The notes: generated by a model not told the origin, from the letters alone. A stretch of 64,000 nucleotides of DNA from Novosphingobium sp. (GCA_040007615.1 JBDTUQ010000002.1:29427-93426); one strand, 5' to 3'. Shown: positions 15,001-21,168, counted from the stretch's first letter. Program-made: numbers and translations.

Positions 15001-18000
15001 GCAAGTTGCCCGTTGAGGTAGATTTTCTCCGTGCCCGCCGTCCGGTCAAGCACCGCTGCCACGTGGGTCCACTGGCCAAAGGCGACGGATCCGCTGGCGG
15101 TCTGTAGATATTCGTCACCCGATGTGCTCTGGCTGGAGAGCAGGACAGACTGGTTCGCATTGAACCAGACGCTGTACGTGCGCTGGCTGGAGTCCGTGCC
15201 CTTGTAGACGATCGGCACCCAGGTATCGTGCGCTCGGTCGGGATTTATCCAGAACTCCACGGTCACCTGATCGCGGATATCCAGCGCAGGGTTGTTCAGC
15301 TTGACCTGTTCTGTGCCCGTAAGCGCGATGGCGTTGCCGACTTGTCCGGTGCGTAGTGACGACTGGCCGGTCGACCCGGTGATGTCGATGGCCTGCACCG
15401 TGGAATTGGAGCGATAGAGCGCGAACGTATAAGGCCACGTCGCCGTCCCGTCCCACACACGTCCTTCGACCAGTACGGTGTAGGTCCCGGTTTGCCCGGC
15501 GGTGAACTCTGTGTTCTGGAAACCTGTGGGGTTGGCGATCTGGTGCCCGGCAGGGTCGATGATCCGCAGCGAGGCATAAGGCAGGCCTTGCCTGACCTGC
15601 AGGAACACCTGGTCGCCAACAGTGGCGGTGAACTGATAGCTGTCCGTCTCGTTAGCAGGGGTCAGCGCGGCACTGACCGGCGTGGCATAAGAGATAGGCT
15701 GCGCGGCGGCCATGTCGAGCAGGCGGAAGCTGGCCGGACCGGTGGCGCCGTTGTTGCCCGTGATCTTGACTGTGTAATCACCCGCCGCCAGCGCGAACAC
15801 GCGGTCGCCATAATCCTCGAAGGAGTCAGTGTAATAGAACTGGTCTGAGCGCACCACGCCTGACGGGCCAGTGATCGTCCAGGTCAGGTTAGTATCAGGC
15901 GTCATCGAATCGAAATAGAACTTGCCTGACTGGGCAAGGGTGAACGTGTAGATGCCGGTTTCGCCCGGCCGCGCAAGGCTGGCTGCAACGGTCTGCCCCA
16001 CGGTCATGGCGATCGGTGCAGGATCGACGGGCCGGTCAAGGATAAACGAATAGGTGCGCTGAGGGGTCGTGTCCCACGGGCGACCTTCCACCAGCAGCGT
16101 ATACCGCCCGGTGAAGGCGGTGGTGAAGCTGGTATTGGCAAAGTCCAGCGCGCCGCTGGCATCGCGTCCGAACGGATCGAGCACGCGGATACTGGCATAG
16201 CCCGGAGCCTGCACAGAACTGAACGAGAACTTGTCGCCTGCAGTCGCCTGGAAAGTAAAAATGTCGGTTTCGGAAGCAGGCAGCAACGTGCCGCTGACCG
16301 TCGCTCCCGCAGCGGGGAGCAGCTGGGCGGATGCTGCGTCTAGCAGGCGGAACGAATAGGCTCCGGTTGCCCCGTTGTTGCTACTGACGGTGAATTCGTA
16401 ATCGCCCGGCGCGACGAGAAAGCTGGACGGGGCGCTGCGCTCGTAACTGTCTGAATTGCGGAAGTTGCCAGACGCAGAAACGCCCGCTCCCTGCATTGAC
16501 CAGTTGATCTGGCTGTTGTCAGTCAGGCTGTCGAACTGGATCGTCGTCGGCGCGGTGACGGTCAGTTTGTATCGCTGCTTGTCGCCAGCACCGGCAATCG
16601 AGCCATCGACTTGCGTGTTTGCCGAAATCGTTATGGGCGCGGGGTTCTGCGCGCGGTTAATCCTGAAGCCGATGTCGTCACTGCCGCCGTTATAGACGCG
16701 CCCTTCGATCAGCACGGTATAAGTGCTGGTCGCGGGCAGAGTGAAGGGCAGTGTGTAAAGGCTGGTCGGTCCGATCAGCATCCGGCCCGAGGAATCGAGC
16801 AAGCGGAACGCGAAATCGGCGTAATTGTTCAGCGTGAACCAGACTGTATCATCCTTGGTGCCAGTGAACGAATAGGCCAGCGTCGATGAATTGGGGTTGA
16901 GAACGCCATCAACCTGGGTGTTGGCAGTGGATACCGGCGTGGCATTCGCCAGATCGAGCATCCGGAACGAATAGGCCCCCGCCGATCCGGTGACTCGGAT
17001 CTGGTAAGTTCCCGCGACGGGCAAAACCAGGGCATTGTTGCCGCCGACTTCCCAGGCGTCGCTGTAATAGAAAGCGCGTGAAGCTTCCTGACCGCGCGGG
17101 CCGACCAATGCCCACGACTTGCCGCCGTCAGGGGTGAAGGAATCGAAATAGAGCGTCGTCGGCGTAGCGGTGGTGAAGGTGTAGAGTTTGGTATCGCCTG
17201 AACCCGCAAGCGTACCTGAAACTGTCGCGCCCAGGCTGAGCGCGGTGCCCTGCGACAAATCGGCAGGGGCGACAAATCCGGTCTTGTGGACCTTGAAACT
17301 GTAGTTGCGCGGGGTGCCGTCCCATACCCGGCCTTCGATCAGCAGGGTATAGGCGCCGGTCATCGTGATGGGCAGTGGATAGTCGCTGCCGAAATAGTCC
17401 TCGGCAACCTCGCGCCCGGTGGGATCGAGCAGGCGCCAGAACAGGTTGTCAGAGTTGCGCCCGACAACGCGCTCAAGCTGGATGACATCACCCGCCTGCG
17501 CATTGAAGGTGTAGGTATCCGTCTCGTTAGAGGGCTGCGTCTGCCCTAAAACCTCGGTGTCGAGCGCGACTGGCACGGCGCTGCCCATATCGAGCATGCG
17601 AAAGGCATAGGCCGCAGCGGTGACTATGGTGCTGTCAATCGTCAGTTCGTAATTGCCTGCGGGCAGATCAAGCACGCCGGGTCCGTAGAGTTCCGGGCCA
17701 TCGGAATAATAGAACGTGCGGCTGTTGATTTCCACACCGCGCGGACCGGTCAGCGTCCAGTTGAGGCTGCCGTCCGGCGTCTGGCTATCGAACACCAGCT
17801 TGCGTGCGGTGGCCAGCGTGAAGGTGTACTTGTCATGCTGCCCACGACCCAGAGTTGCGCTGACCGTGGTGCCGAGCACAAGCGCGGCGGTATTGTCCAC
17901 CAGATTGCTGACGGCATACTGAAAGGTAGACGGTCCACCGTCGTAAATCCGGCCTTCTACGGCGATCAGATAGTCGCCGGTCTGCGGCAGGTTGCGCAGT

Positions 18001-19961
18001 TCCAGGTCGGAAATATGCGCTGGCCCCTTCAGAACAGTGCCATCCGGATTATAGACGCGGACGCTGATTTCGTCGCCAACCTGGCTCTTAAGTTCAAAAT
18101 AAAGCCCGGAGCCAGCGGTAGCCGAAACGCGGTATAGGCGCGTCTCAGTGGCGGGCGTGCTGGTGACGGTGGCGGCAAGACCACTTGGCGAAAGATCGGC
18201 GCTGCTGGCTCCATTCTGCTCGTCAAAGCGCCAGTAGCCAACAATCCCGGCCTGCGCCGCGCTGAGCGGGGAGGCGAAGGCAGCCGACAATTCCGCTGCC
18301 GTGCGCGTGACGTTCCATACGCGCACTTCGTCGATCATGCCGTTAAACAGGTATGATCCCGCCGGAGAGGCACCGATCGCCAGCGCGCCACTACTCTGGT
18401 TGATCGGCGCGGAATAAGCCTGCTGGGCTACCTGCTGGCCATTGATGAACAGCCGCAGCGTGCTGCCGTCATATGTGCCAGAAACATGCTCCCACACGCC
18501 GGTGGGCAGCGGCGCTTCTACATAGGCGCCGTTCCAGTTGTTGACGAAGAACCGCACGTTGCCGCCAACACGGATCAGGCCATAGCCATCGCTCCAGCCG
18601 GTGTCGGTCGTCTTGGTGACGATGCCCTGGTAATAATTGCCAGACTGTGGGTTTATCCAAGCCTCCAGCGTCAGGTTGGCCGGGCGGAGCGCCGCGTCAT
18701 CAGGCACCGAAAGGCTGCCGAGCACATTGACGTCCCACGCGCGGTTGGTCATGCCCGGAAGACCGGAATAATCCATCGGAGCACCGGCAGGACGCTGTCC
18801 GGCCTGAGCCAGCCCGGCATTGCCAAGCGTGGCTGAAAAATTGTCGCCGGGATTGACGGTTGTTGCCAGCGCGCTGTCGATCAGGCGGAAGGCAAACGGT
18901 CCGGCGCGGTCATAATCGGCGTAGACCGTCAGCTTGTAACTACCCGCTGCCAGATCGAGCAGAGGATTGCCGTCATAGGAATCGCTCGACAGGAAATCAC
19001 GTCTCGAAACCACAGTCCCGCGCGGACCGGTGAGGGTCCAGTGGAATGAAGACCGGTTAAGCAGCGTATCGAATAGCAACCGACTGTCGCTTGCCAGATC
19101 GAACGAATAAGTCACCGTACTGCCGGGGCCGGAGATGGAATCCATCACCGTTTGACCAATTGATAAACTGGCCTGCGTGTTGGTTACGCGATCGACGCTG
19201 AAACTGTAATCAAAGGGAGAATTGTTATAGACCCTGCCTTCCACGGCCACCGTATAAGTGCCGCCCTTGTTCAACTGAAAAGGGCCGGAATCGCTGAATC
19301 CGGTTGGCCCGCTGACCAGTTCGCCGTCCGGGCCGATCAGCCGCCAGCTTACCGATTGGCCTGAAAGCTGCTGGGTATCGAAGAAGAAGCTCTCGCCCGC
19401 GGCCACGTCGAATGCGTAAAGATCCGTCTCGCGACCGGCATTGTGCGCGCTTACCGTCTGCCCCAGCGCGATGTGATCGGCATTGGCAAGGTCGAGCAGG
19501 CGGAAATCATAGGCCCCTGTGGTACTGGCATCGCCGTCCACGCTCAGGGTATAAGTGCCGATCTGCAGGTCCAGCACATTGGACCCGCCGATGTCATAGC
19601 CGTCCGACCCCGCCAGCGAGCGGTTGGCAACTACATTGCCGTTTGGTCCGGCCAGCGACCATTTGATCGAGGAGTTGGCGGTCAGCGAGTCGAACGCGAT
19701 TTTCTTGGGTTCGGTAAGGGTGAATGAGAATTGATCAGTCTCACCCGGAACGTCGATTGCGCCTGAAACGGGGGGCGTATCTGCAGACAGCAACAGCCGT
19801 GGTTCAAGCGACTCGATGGCGAGTCGGCTAGACAGAATGGTCGAATTGCGCAGGGCAGCGCGGCGGTTAGTCTGCCATGCTTCACCCAGCGCAGCGAGGC
19901 GGGGAAAACGCAAACGACGGGGATCGTTCGATTTCGCAGTAAGTCGCGCGTCGTGGAACAC
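1..19961 (-). CDS. Giant LEPR-XLL-motif extracellular/adhesin-like protein, >6,650 aa, C-terminus beyond the left window edge
   Basis: The minus frame with first codon base = 2 mod 3 reads VFHDARLTAK...SRLAIESLEPRLLLSADT near 19961-19780 and, in the same frame, VEAPDGSILISGGANRGTIW at 59-1. The intermediate segments I translated are all coherent in this frame. No ORF-track minus ORF within 1-19961 uses this frame, consistent with no internal stop. GTG at 19961 has a GGGGGA RBS-like motif; the nearest upstream in-frame stop is at ~20055. Confidence 0.93.
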   Translation of the reverse strand, partial: MFHDARLTAKSNDPRRLRFPRLAALGEAWQTNRRAALRNSTILSSRLAIESLEPRLLLSADTPPVSGAIDVPGETDQFSFTLTEPKKIAFDSLTANSSIKWSLAGPNGNVVANRSLAGSDGYDIGGSNVLDLQIGTYTLSVDGDASTTGAYDFRLLDLANADHIALGQTVSAHNAGRETDLYAFDVAAGESFFFDTQQLSGQSVSWRLIGPDGELVSGPTGFSDSGPFQLNKGGTYTVAVEGRVYNNSPFDYSFSVDRVTNTQASLSIGQTVMDSISGPGSTVTYSFDLASDSRLLFDTLLNRSSFHWTLTGPRGTVVSRRDFLSSDSYDGNPLLDLAAGSYKLTVYADYDRAGPFAFRLIDSALATTVNPGDNFSATLGNAGLAQAGQRPAGAPMDYSGLPGMTNRAWDVNVLGSLSVPDDAALRPANLTLEAWINPQSGNYYQGIVTKTTDTGWSDGYGLIRVGGNVRFFVNNWNGAYVEAPLPTGVWEHVSGTYDGSTLRLFINGQQVAQQAYSAPINQSSGALAIGASPAGSYLFNGMIDEVRVWNVTRTAAELSAAFASPLSAAQAGIVGYWRFDEQNGASSADLSPSGLAATVTSTPATETRLYRVSATAGSGLYFELKSQVGDEISVRVYNPDGTVLKGPAHISDLELRNLPQTGDYLIAVEGRIYDGGPSTFQYAVSNLVDNTAALVLGTTVSATLGRGQHDKYTFTLATARKLVFDSQTPDGSLNWTLTGPRGVEINSRTFYYSDGPELYGPGVLDLPAGNYELTIDSTIVTAAAYAFRMLDMGSAVPVALDTEVLGQTQPSNETDTYTFNAQAGDVIQLERVVGRNSDNLFWRLLDPTGREVAEDYFGSDYPLPITMTGAYTLLIEGRVWDGTPRNYSFKVHKTGFVAPADLSQGTALSLGATVSGTLAGSGDTKLYTFTTATPTTLYFDSFTPDGGKSWALVGPRGQEASRAFYYSDAWEVGGNNALVLPVAGTYQIRVTGSAGAYSFRMLDLANATPVSTANTQVDGVLNPNSSTLAYSFTGTKDDTVWFTLNNYADFAFRLLDSSGRMLIGPTSLYTLPFTLPATSTYTVLIEGRVYNGGSDDIGFRINRAQNPAPITISANTQVDGSIAGAGDKQRYKLTVTAPTTIQFDSLTDNSQINWSMQGAGVSASGNFRNSDSYERSAPSSFLVAPGDYEFTVSSNNGATGAYSFRLLDAASAQLLPAAGATVSGTLLPASETDIFTFQATAGDKFSFSSVQAPGYASIRVLDPFGRDASGALDFANTSFTTAFTGRYTLLVEGRPWDTTPQRTYSFILDRPVDPAPIAMTVGQTVAASLARPGETGIYTFTLAQSGKFYFDSMTPDTNLTWTITGPSGVVRSDQFYYTDSFEDYGDRVFALAAGDYTVKITGNNGATGPASFRLLDMAAAQPISYATPVSAALTPANETDSYQFTATVGDQVFLQVRQGLPYASLRIIDPAGHQIANPTGFQNTEFTAGQTGTYTVLVEGRVWDGTATWPYTFALYRSNSTVQAIDITGSTGQSSLRTGQVGNAIALTGTEQVKLNNPALDIRDQVTVEFWINPDRAHDTWVPIVYKGTDSSQRTYSVWFNANQSVLLSSQSTSGDEYLQTASGSVAFGQWTHVAAVLDRTAGTEKIYLNGQLAASRTVSGTQAYGQADSPLYISGTIETDDSLGRLEGALDEVRVWHGARSAADIQTDMMNGPPANATGLVARLPFDSLSGGTTPETVSGGSASVLRDFAGLPGTVEGRLAVPGDKRTYTFTLAAPTTLEFDALYDNDQINVTLTGPGGLSITRNLRNGDSFELGGENPVFTAQAGQYTVTVDGNSAATGTFAFRFLDLATAPKVTLDTALSATIAGGRENHAYRFDVTAGQRVFIDGQAISAPGDRISLRLIDPYGRQVTGPVTFGDIDTGVLAIGGTYTLLVESRAWRDWPIDYRLAFYLAGVNGAPTAITLDGINPQQPHVEPGRNGNALSLSGVEYVEVPNAVAPAPQRDFTLEGWYRLDRMTDNYVVLATKGDADTQKVPYHISLGSDGQINFLTGDTSGNQGVSTTAGAFTFGQWVHIAAVVDRTAGTQKIFVNGVEKASATIRTNDNIVNSDPLLFGMYPHARTDIGSIEGAIDTVQMWGTARTAAQIAADMNAPSPTGTAGLLYAMDFESATLPGGAILHAMNPNGVTGKISHAGEEKLYTFTLAAATSVYFDSETNNGGLLWTLTGVDGDVVTKRRFDQSDSIDFGPTPAMNLAAGTYTLKVSGSGDGTGNYNFRLTDLAAATPLMLGTPVTVALDPAKLTNAYKFNAQAGEKFYFDALAVQSEVYWRLLDPSGKTVFGPTGINDIDGITLDRAGTYTLLLEGRVHQGSQAGYSFAVYSEGGQTTTPLTLGLHVAGSIAKPGESDRYSFTLAQPSQLVFDALSAAQQFNWTLTGPGGMVVNSRNFYSTDSADFGPNPVLNLVAGDWVLTVDIGGDTTGTYDFRLLDLGAAEVLSPGGTLNRTIAQAGRETATYKFDVTQGTRFGFSITQQPSGDLRWRLIDPLGQVVFGPSSPADTGLLTATMTGTYKLLVEGRIYNNGDVNYGFRFDQPVAVPANGQTAQTFDSAGLPYVLVNHFGAAAQVLTGTGGNFVRLTDVLHSNLQNSVVFSATGTGRQDSVDLGFDFRITRQPGATTDPDGISFAFLPVAQYGISGPGPQVGVEANVPGALGLGFDTFNNGEVNGNHISIHYNGVKIGEIANPGITLASGAWAHARVLLTRTTGGTLLTIELTPTGGSAVTATSNFFIGGMELEAGRVLLSGYQGGSIGDQDVDNVSVAMTAAAAATPPLTLDATQTGTIAVAGAADRYAFTVTQPTPVIFDALTNNGELRWQIVGPTQTGGLHVFTQTDSAENGGNPVMVLQPGTYNVIISANAQSTGSYAFRVAALSSAQDVISGQPITLTLNPGNATAMYKFTASAGQKVYFDAISGSGEPYWRLIDPTGNVVFGPNYGRYDIEAPALPIDGTYTLLVEGRIWSGAPQTLTFAVDTMVDTAAALTIGATTSGTITNPGDRTRYSFSLAQNSRLLFDSLLNNASFNWTLTGPTGTLDSRDFARSDAFNRPDAEVIYAPQGSYTLTIDADADQTGNFAFRLLDLASAAPLPIDSQTTGTLNPGNANAVYSFTGAQGDRMFFDYLSTTGYGTWRLLDPTGKLVFYNSYQTDVGPVTLPRTGTYTLLFDGRVDEPVPVVDYAFKVSRIVDKTATLTLGQTFTGSLDQPRQSELLTFTLAGPTQIFVDALNNYGDVSWSLSGPQGTVDTRNFNASDSWNYGPSPVLVLPAGAYTLRVTNNSAAARPFSIRVSDMANATPITPGVPVSGTLSPGSEAKFYRFNATAGERFFFDQQAQSGVNSTWRLIGPNGQQLFHSDFNSDVDTMTLADAGTYTLIIDGYIAYDNAIGTYTFNVFENTIQSPVIISSLQYVPSPDLAPTALAVSSVGQIQSGSTVTLSWKTTNSGTLPTAASWTDRIIVRNTDTNEIIGNILIADTAGPLAAGAERQRQTTVTLPTGNRGTGNISFTVTSDVANTISEANLAGTGENNNSASVAVVSTLAPVIDLTVGNVVPEPAEGWQPGDTVTVHWQTTNAGNLATTAGMSERITVRNVTSNQQVVVLTVPLAATIDAGATVDRSATITWPAGLSAFGSFDFTVTTDILDEIVEANDAGTGETNNASTTSVTSAPDLQIRNFAIATANPSAGDTVTLNWDEANTGNAATAGGWTNRVLVENIDTGAVILDLSVPTGTALAAGQQRSRTFAFALPQGQKAVGNVRVTLVVDSDVGGAAGTVREVVSGINAEANNAASAGVTVAARNYPDLQVTGVTAPSNASGGDTITVNWNVINAGNTGTGSGWSDRVVLSSDAVFGNADDFVLGNFANNGPLAVGGQYAGTASVVLPSNIAGNYRVYVVADPAFAIIEPDTRADNVGAPAVIALSSQAPNLVAEAVFGPADPVAGGQPFNVSWRVRNTGTLAAPGGHIDRLVLSADGIYDSGDLVLGEVVRSGALAPGDSYSVAFDARVQDGRTGSFRLILVTDAGQTVFENLQEADNAGVSAPITLAPAPSANLVVDSVTVPADAIAGQTVAVTYVVRNAGTVTASAPWTDTIYFDTDTTVSGSRNLASVSRTFALAPGDSYTVTQNVTLPTDYADGDTLILVRADSSSQVFEAGQEADNDGASAVLALTHPDLTVSALAGPVGGTAQSGSTFDVNWTVRNNGSGATAAGWTDTVWLSRDGVIGAGDIKLGTVTALGSLAAGATRDVTLSVTLPIDAQGAYKLIVRTDDADVVAETVGEGNNTSAIDLTVGLAPYADLDVSNVTAPSRKIADPAHVTVGWKVTNSGTGAGITSSWTDSVIVSADDVFGNGDDVVLGQLVHSGGLALGASYDASLDLILPPGFYGHYTLFVRSDSKGEVFENGADGNRGFLTGPFDVSPILWADLVVNTVVTPDSGASGTDLAVTWTVANQGIGLTNVAEWFDIVWLEKTDGTGRIKLGAVNHLGFLATGDSYQRSASFRLPDGISGNYRVVVEAPGSSNPGSGPYEFIYGDNNTATSAPISVSLSPPPDLKVTSISAPTNGTEGQVVDIQWTVQNDGTSDANGSWVDKVYLRKVGDTGAGTLIGTYSYTGPLQAGTSYSRKEEMRLPLHTSDQYEIVVVTDADNSVYEYTSEGNNRLVDDSAILVATLPRPDLRVSNVVAPVHVSAGATASIEFTVTNQGLVAANGVWNDRVYLSLDDKLTSDDILVSSLVNQSALGSLEEYTSASGTFTVPKRFRGTVYILTQVDAGNAVDEWPNDTIASNVTVTPIYVDPIPFADLVVDSVAVPTQAFEGNTVSVNYTVTNRGSGTSDLGAWTEQIWLTRDKNRPHPGQGDILLTSLQYTGGPLVVGQGYDRVLTVTLPDHVISGTYYITPWVDPFGTLLEDPLVTNINPDDPAELNSSNYRARAIQIVGTPAAAQTTRAISVESVTADASAKGGDNFAFSWTVKAGGDSTADGWSDQVYLADAPLLENATKVFALGTFDNLKPLDPGQSYTNSASVRLNVAAEGKYIIVRSSLAGDTNTLDNQKFTSTLVTNAVADLTVVSVVPSAPASPAYSGEKTSISYTVRNDGADVWSGTQYWQDQVWISKDPSFIAGRAQLVATVNQPGNGLKSGASYSNTAQFALPPGVEGQYYVYVFTNVVGNVGTSFLPSSGDNSDLNAAFQRAAYELPQGNMGQGTFPVVYREPDLKVTALTMPNTFQAGQTYTISFKVENVGNRDTREDSWTDRLYLSLDPSLDEGDWLMSQETSPGVVVKAENVHTGGLKAGQSYIATATVTVPFELHGSFNVIAVADSGLGESGFSTSSLSSRLRGVRGSAAGAVREFQGEGNNTTAGAVTILPYSAPNLQVTSLTAPARAVKGQSFTVQYTVTNSGGVTPALQGSWDDLVYLSRDPFLDLTSDRFVGSFTHSGGLAAGGSYDVNLNLALPGDLGTQAYYVFVVTDPVRYDTTGKVFETNERDNTLGSTDRMIIDLPPPTDIQITDIVVPDNKQPGDPVTISWTVKNTSTVTASGSWSDGVYLSSDAAWDIGDRLLGRGDFSGTLLPDGTYTLSLTTTLPGASPGNYRVIVRADVRNQLNEDTGESNNTTASPSALSVSVPTLTLNIPTTVNLKAGEERLYAIQVPAGQTLRLRVGDDDARAINEVFLRHDAVPTSAAFDATYTGPLSQELTAIVPDTQPGVYYVLVRGYSGSQEGSQLTLLADLMPLVITDIKTDTGGDGKFVTTTIKGGQFKPGAIIKVSRPGIAEYEPVAWKVVDSTTIIATFDFTDAPHGLYDVKIINPDGSTTIEPYRFLIERGIEPEVTIGVGGPRVILAGDQATYSVALQNLSNLDAPYTYFQVGVPELNNNQYVYGLPFLNFFTNVRGTPDGAAGSANAAVPWSGLESVTNVNGQLTTSGFLYDEPADGFGGFSINILTYPGLKAMADRAFETFRAQMAARFPELDSVLAQGEGALAAWWEAAKNKIEDSVPGSKSVLDGLDFVGLYKQNAAIPSKDEIPFIPFRFHILAAATTMTRAEFVAFQTKQALDLRTAILASSSAPPSLLALAASQTDWVNLYLASLETAGLLRPDGAIPPIRTQTQIVSLMATLASGILFGPAGSEIRSTGDLPGFFDQLRTLYGNQDGLMAPIEFMDPRESDRYVGEIPVPALPKFADYNLALAASTYFESVRIFVPWLDFALRGSGLPADFQVNGPEPVDGSEFAALDFSRFYSGQGNVGRLASITGPQTLDTQGWLPNQTTLPYSVGFENAAGSARWVNEVRIVTDLDPSLDPRSFSFGDIKIGDITIKVPDGKTSFSTEIDFSKTRGFILRVSAVLDMYQSPARASWVLQAIDPLTGEVLEDATRGLLAPNNAAGIGAGFVNYSVKPKDTVATGDRIGASARVIMTGFAPEDTTVLTQTIDATAPSSHITATRIAATNDFAIDWNVTDDNTGSGVKHVTLYVAENGGDFKIWQRMVPQASGSLVFTGEPGKTYEFLALATDVAGNREVPKAGVNAVDDGSKVSLGGVPSVPDTTAPNFGQPPEPTVVPSTNALFTAAEANIPAAVALSGASEFDAVLTPFTGRAFATGIGQSDGGIGPMAIVEAPDGSILISGGANRGTI
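3000..9590 (-). repeat. Array of ~17 CARDB-like Ig-fold repeats (~125 aa each)
   Basis: (P/A)(D/N)Lx(V/I) starts at ~9585, 9195, 8822, 8425, 8055, 7685, 7325, 6953, 6575, 6197, 5828, 5452, ~5020 (degenerate), 4667, 4222, 3750 and 3357. Units typically contain V-x-W-T-V-x-N-x-G, W-x-D-x-(V/I)-x-L-S and E-x-N-N motifs. Confidence 0.85.
9620..19770 (-). repeat. Protein-level array of 12 diverged ~205-aa two-part beta-sandwich repeats (PPC-like), with lectin-fold inserts
   Basis: A mid-unit motif of the F-R-L-L-D-L type occurs at ~19500, 18885, 17600, 16960, 16345, 15720, 14425, 13135, 12510, 11200, 10575 and 9955. Most units also carry WTLTGP, WRL(I/L)DPxG and (V/I)EGR motifs. Confidence 0.85.
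19779..19814 (-). other. LEPR-XLL motif (ESLEPRLLLSAD), around residues 50-61 of the giant protein
   Basis: Direct translation. It matches the LEPRxLL / planctomycete-extracellular N-terminal motif of giant proteins. Confidence 0.9.
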
Positions 19962-20100
19962 GATGATCCCCCAGTCTTGCAGCAGGCAAGTCTTGTCAGC
20001 ATGAAAGGTGGCGTCCGGCGAGCGTGCCCAGCCGCTGGCCCCCAGTCCTCCCTAATCAATACGTGATTATTGTTGCCAAACAAAGCTAATTTCAAGTGCT

Positions 20101-20137
20101 CTGTTATTAGGCCTATTTTGTAAGCACCTGATAACAG
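20101..20137. promoter_or_regulatory. Candidate operator dyad in the AT-rich divergent promoter region
   Basis: CTGTTATTAGG-N15-CCTGATAACAG, an 11-bp inverted repeat with 1 mismatch. Confidence 0.35.
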
Positions 20138-20221
20138 GAATTATCTTTTCCCATTCTGGGGCACCAAATGGTGATTGGTTCTTTACCCTTTGCTTGATGC
20201 GTGGCATTGACTGATGCCGAC

Positions 20222-21166
20222 ATGGATCGACGATTTGCTTTGACGATCGGGGGAGGGGCTCTGGCGGTGGCTGCGGCGATTGCTTTTGCATATTCCGGCG
20301 ATGATGATGGCGGGCCGGTGCGCGAAGAGCGGCCGAAGCCCATTGCCGCCGTGCAGGCCGTGCAACATCTCGATCGCCCTACAGCTGCGGTGACCCCACC
20401 GGGCCTTGATCCCGCCCGTCCGACTGATTGCCTGATAGAACCAAGTCAGGTGGTGAAGGTTAACAGCGGGGTCGAAGGCGTGATCGCGGCGATTTATGTA
20501 GACCGGGGCGATGTGGTCCATCGCGGCCAGGTCGTGGCCCAGTTGCGGGCCGATGTTGATCAGGCCAGCCTTGCCGCCGCGCAGGCCAAGGCGGGCAACG
20601 TCTATACCGAACGCGCCGCCGCCAGCCGCGCTGTCTATCTCGATGCCGTGCGCAAGCGTAGCGAACAGATCGGCCAGTACCTTGCGCGTGATAATGTCGA
20701 GGAAGCGCAGGCCAACGCCCGCGCCGCTGCTGAGGAACGCAATGCCGCCCAACAGGAACGCCGCGTGGCGCAGCTGGAATCGGTGCAGCACAGCCGCATA
20801 CTTGGCGAAAAGACCGTGCGCAGCCCAGTCAACGGCATCGTTACCGAACGCGCCATGTCGCCCGGCGAGTATCGCGGGTCAGACGCTTCGCATATCCTGA
20901 CCGTGGCGCAAGTCGATCCACTGAACGTCGAAGTATTCGCACCGATTGCCCAGCTTGGCTCGGTCTCGATTGGCCAGTCGGTCAAGATATTTCCCGAACA
21001 GCCGGTTGGCGGCGAATACGTGGCCCGGATCAAGGTGATTGACCGGGTGTTCGATGCGGCCAGTGGCACGTTTGGAATGCGTCTGGAATTGCCTAATCCC
21101 GGTAATCGCCTGCCTGCGGGGCTGCGATGCCGGATCGAAATCGGGACCGCGCACAAAGGGGGCTAA
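20222..21166 (+). CDS. HlyD/RND-family periplasmic adaptor (membrane fusion protein)
   Basis: N-terminal TM segment, lipoyl-like hairpin (GVIAAIYVDRGDVVHRGQVVAQL ... VRSPVNGIV), helical hairpin, and a beta-barrel with DRVFDAASGTF...LPAG. ATG 20222 preferred over GTG 20201. Confidence 0.92.
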   Translation: MDRRFALTIGGGALAVAAAIAFAYSGDDDGGPVREERPKPIAAVQAVQHLDRPTAAVTPPGLDPARPTDCLIEPSQVVKVNSGVEGVIAAIYVDRGDVVHRGQVVAQLRADVDQASLAAAQAKAGNVYTERAAASRAVYLDAVRKRSEQIGQYLARDNVEEAQANARAAAEERNAAQQERRVAQLESVQHSRILGEKTVRSPVNGIVTERAMSPGEYRGSDASHILTVAQVDPLNVEVFAPIAQLGSVSIGQSVKIFPEQPVGGEYVARIKVIDRVFDAASGTFGMRLELPNPGNRLPAGLRCRIEIGTAHKGG

Positions 21167-21168
21167 TC

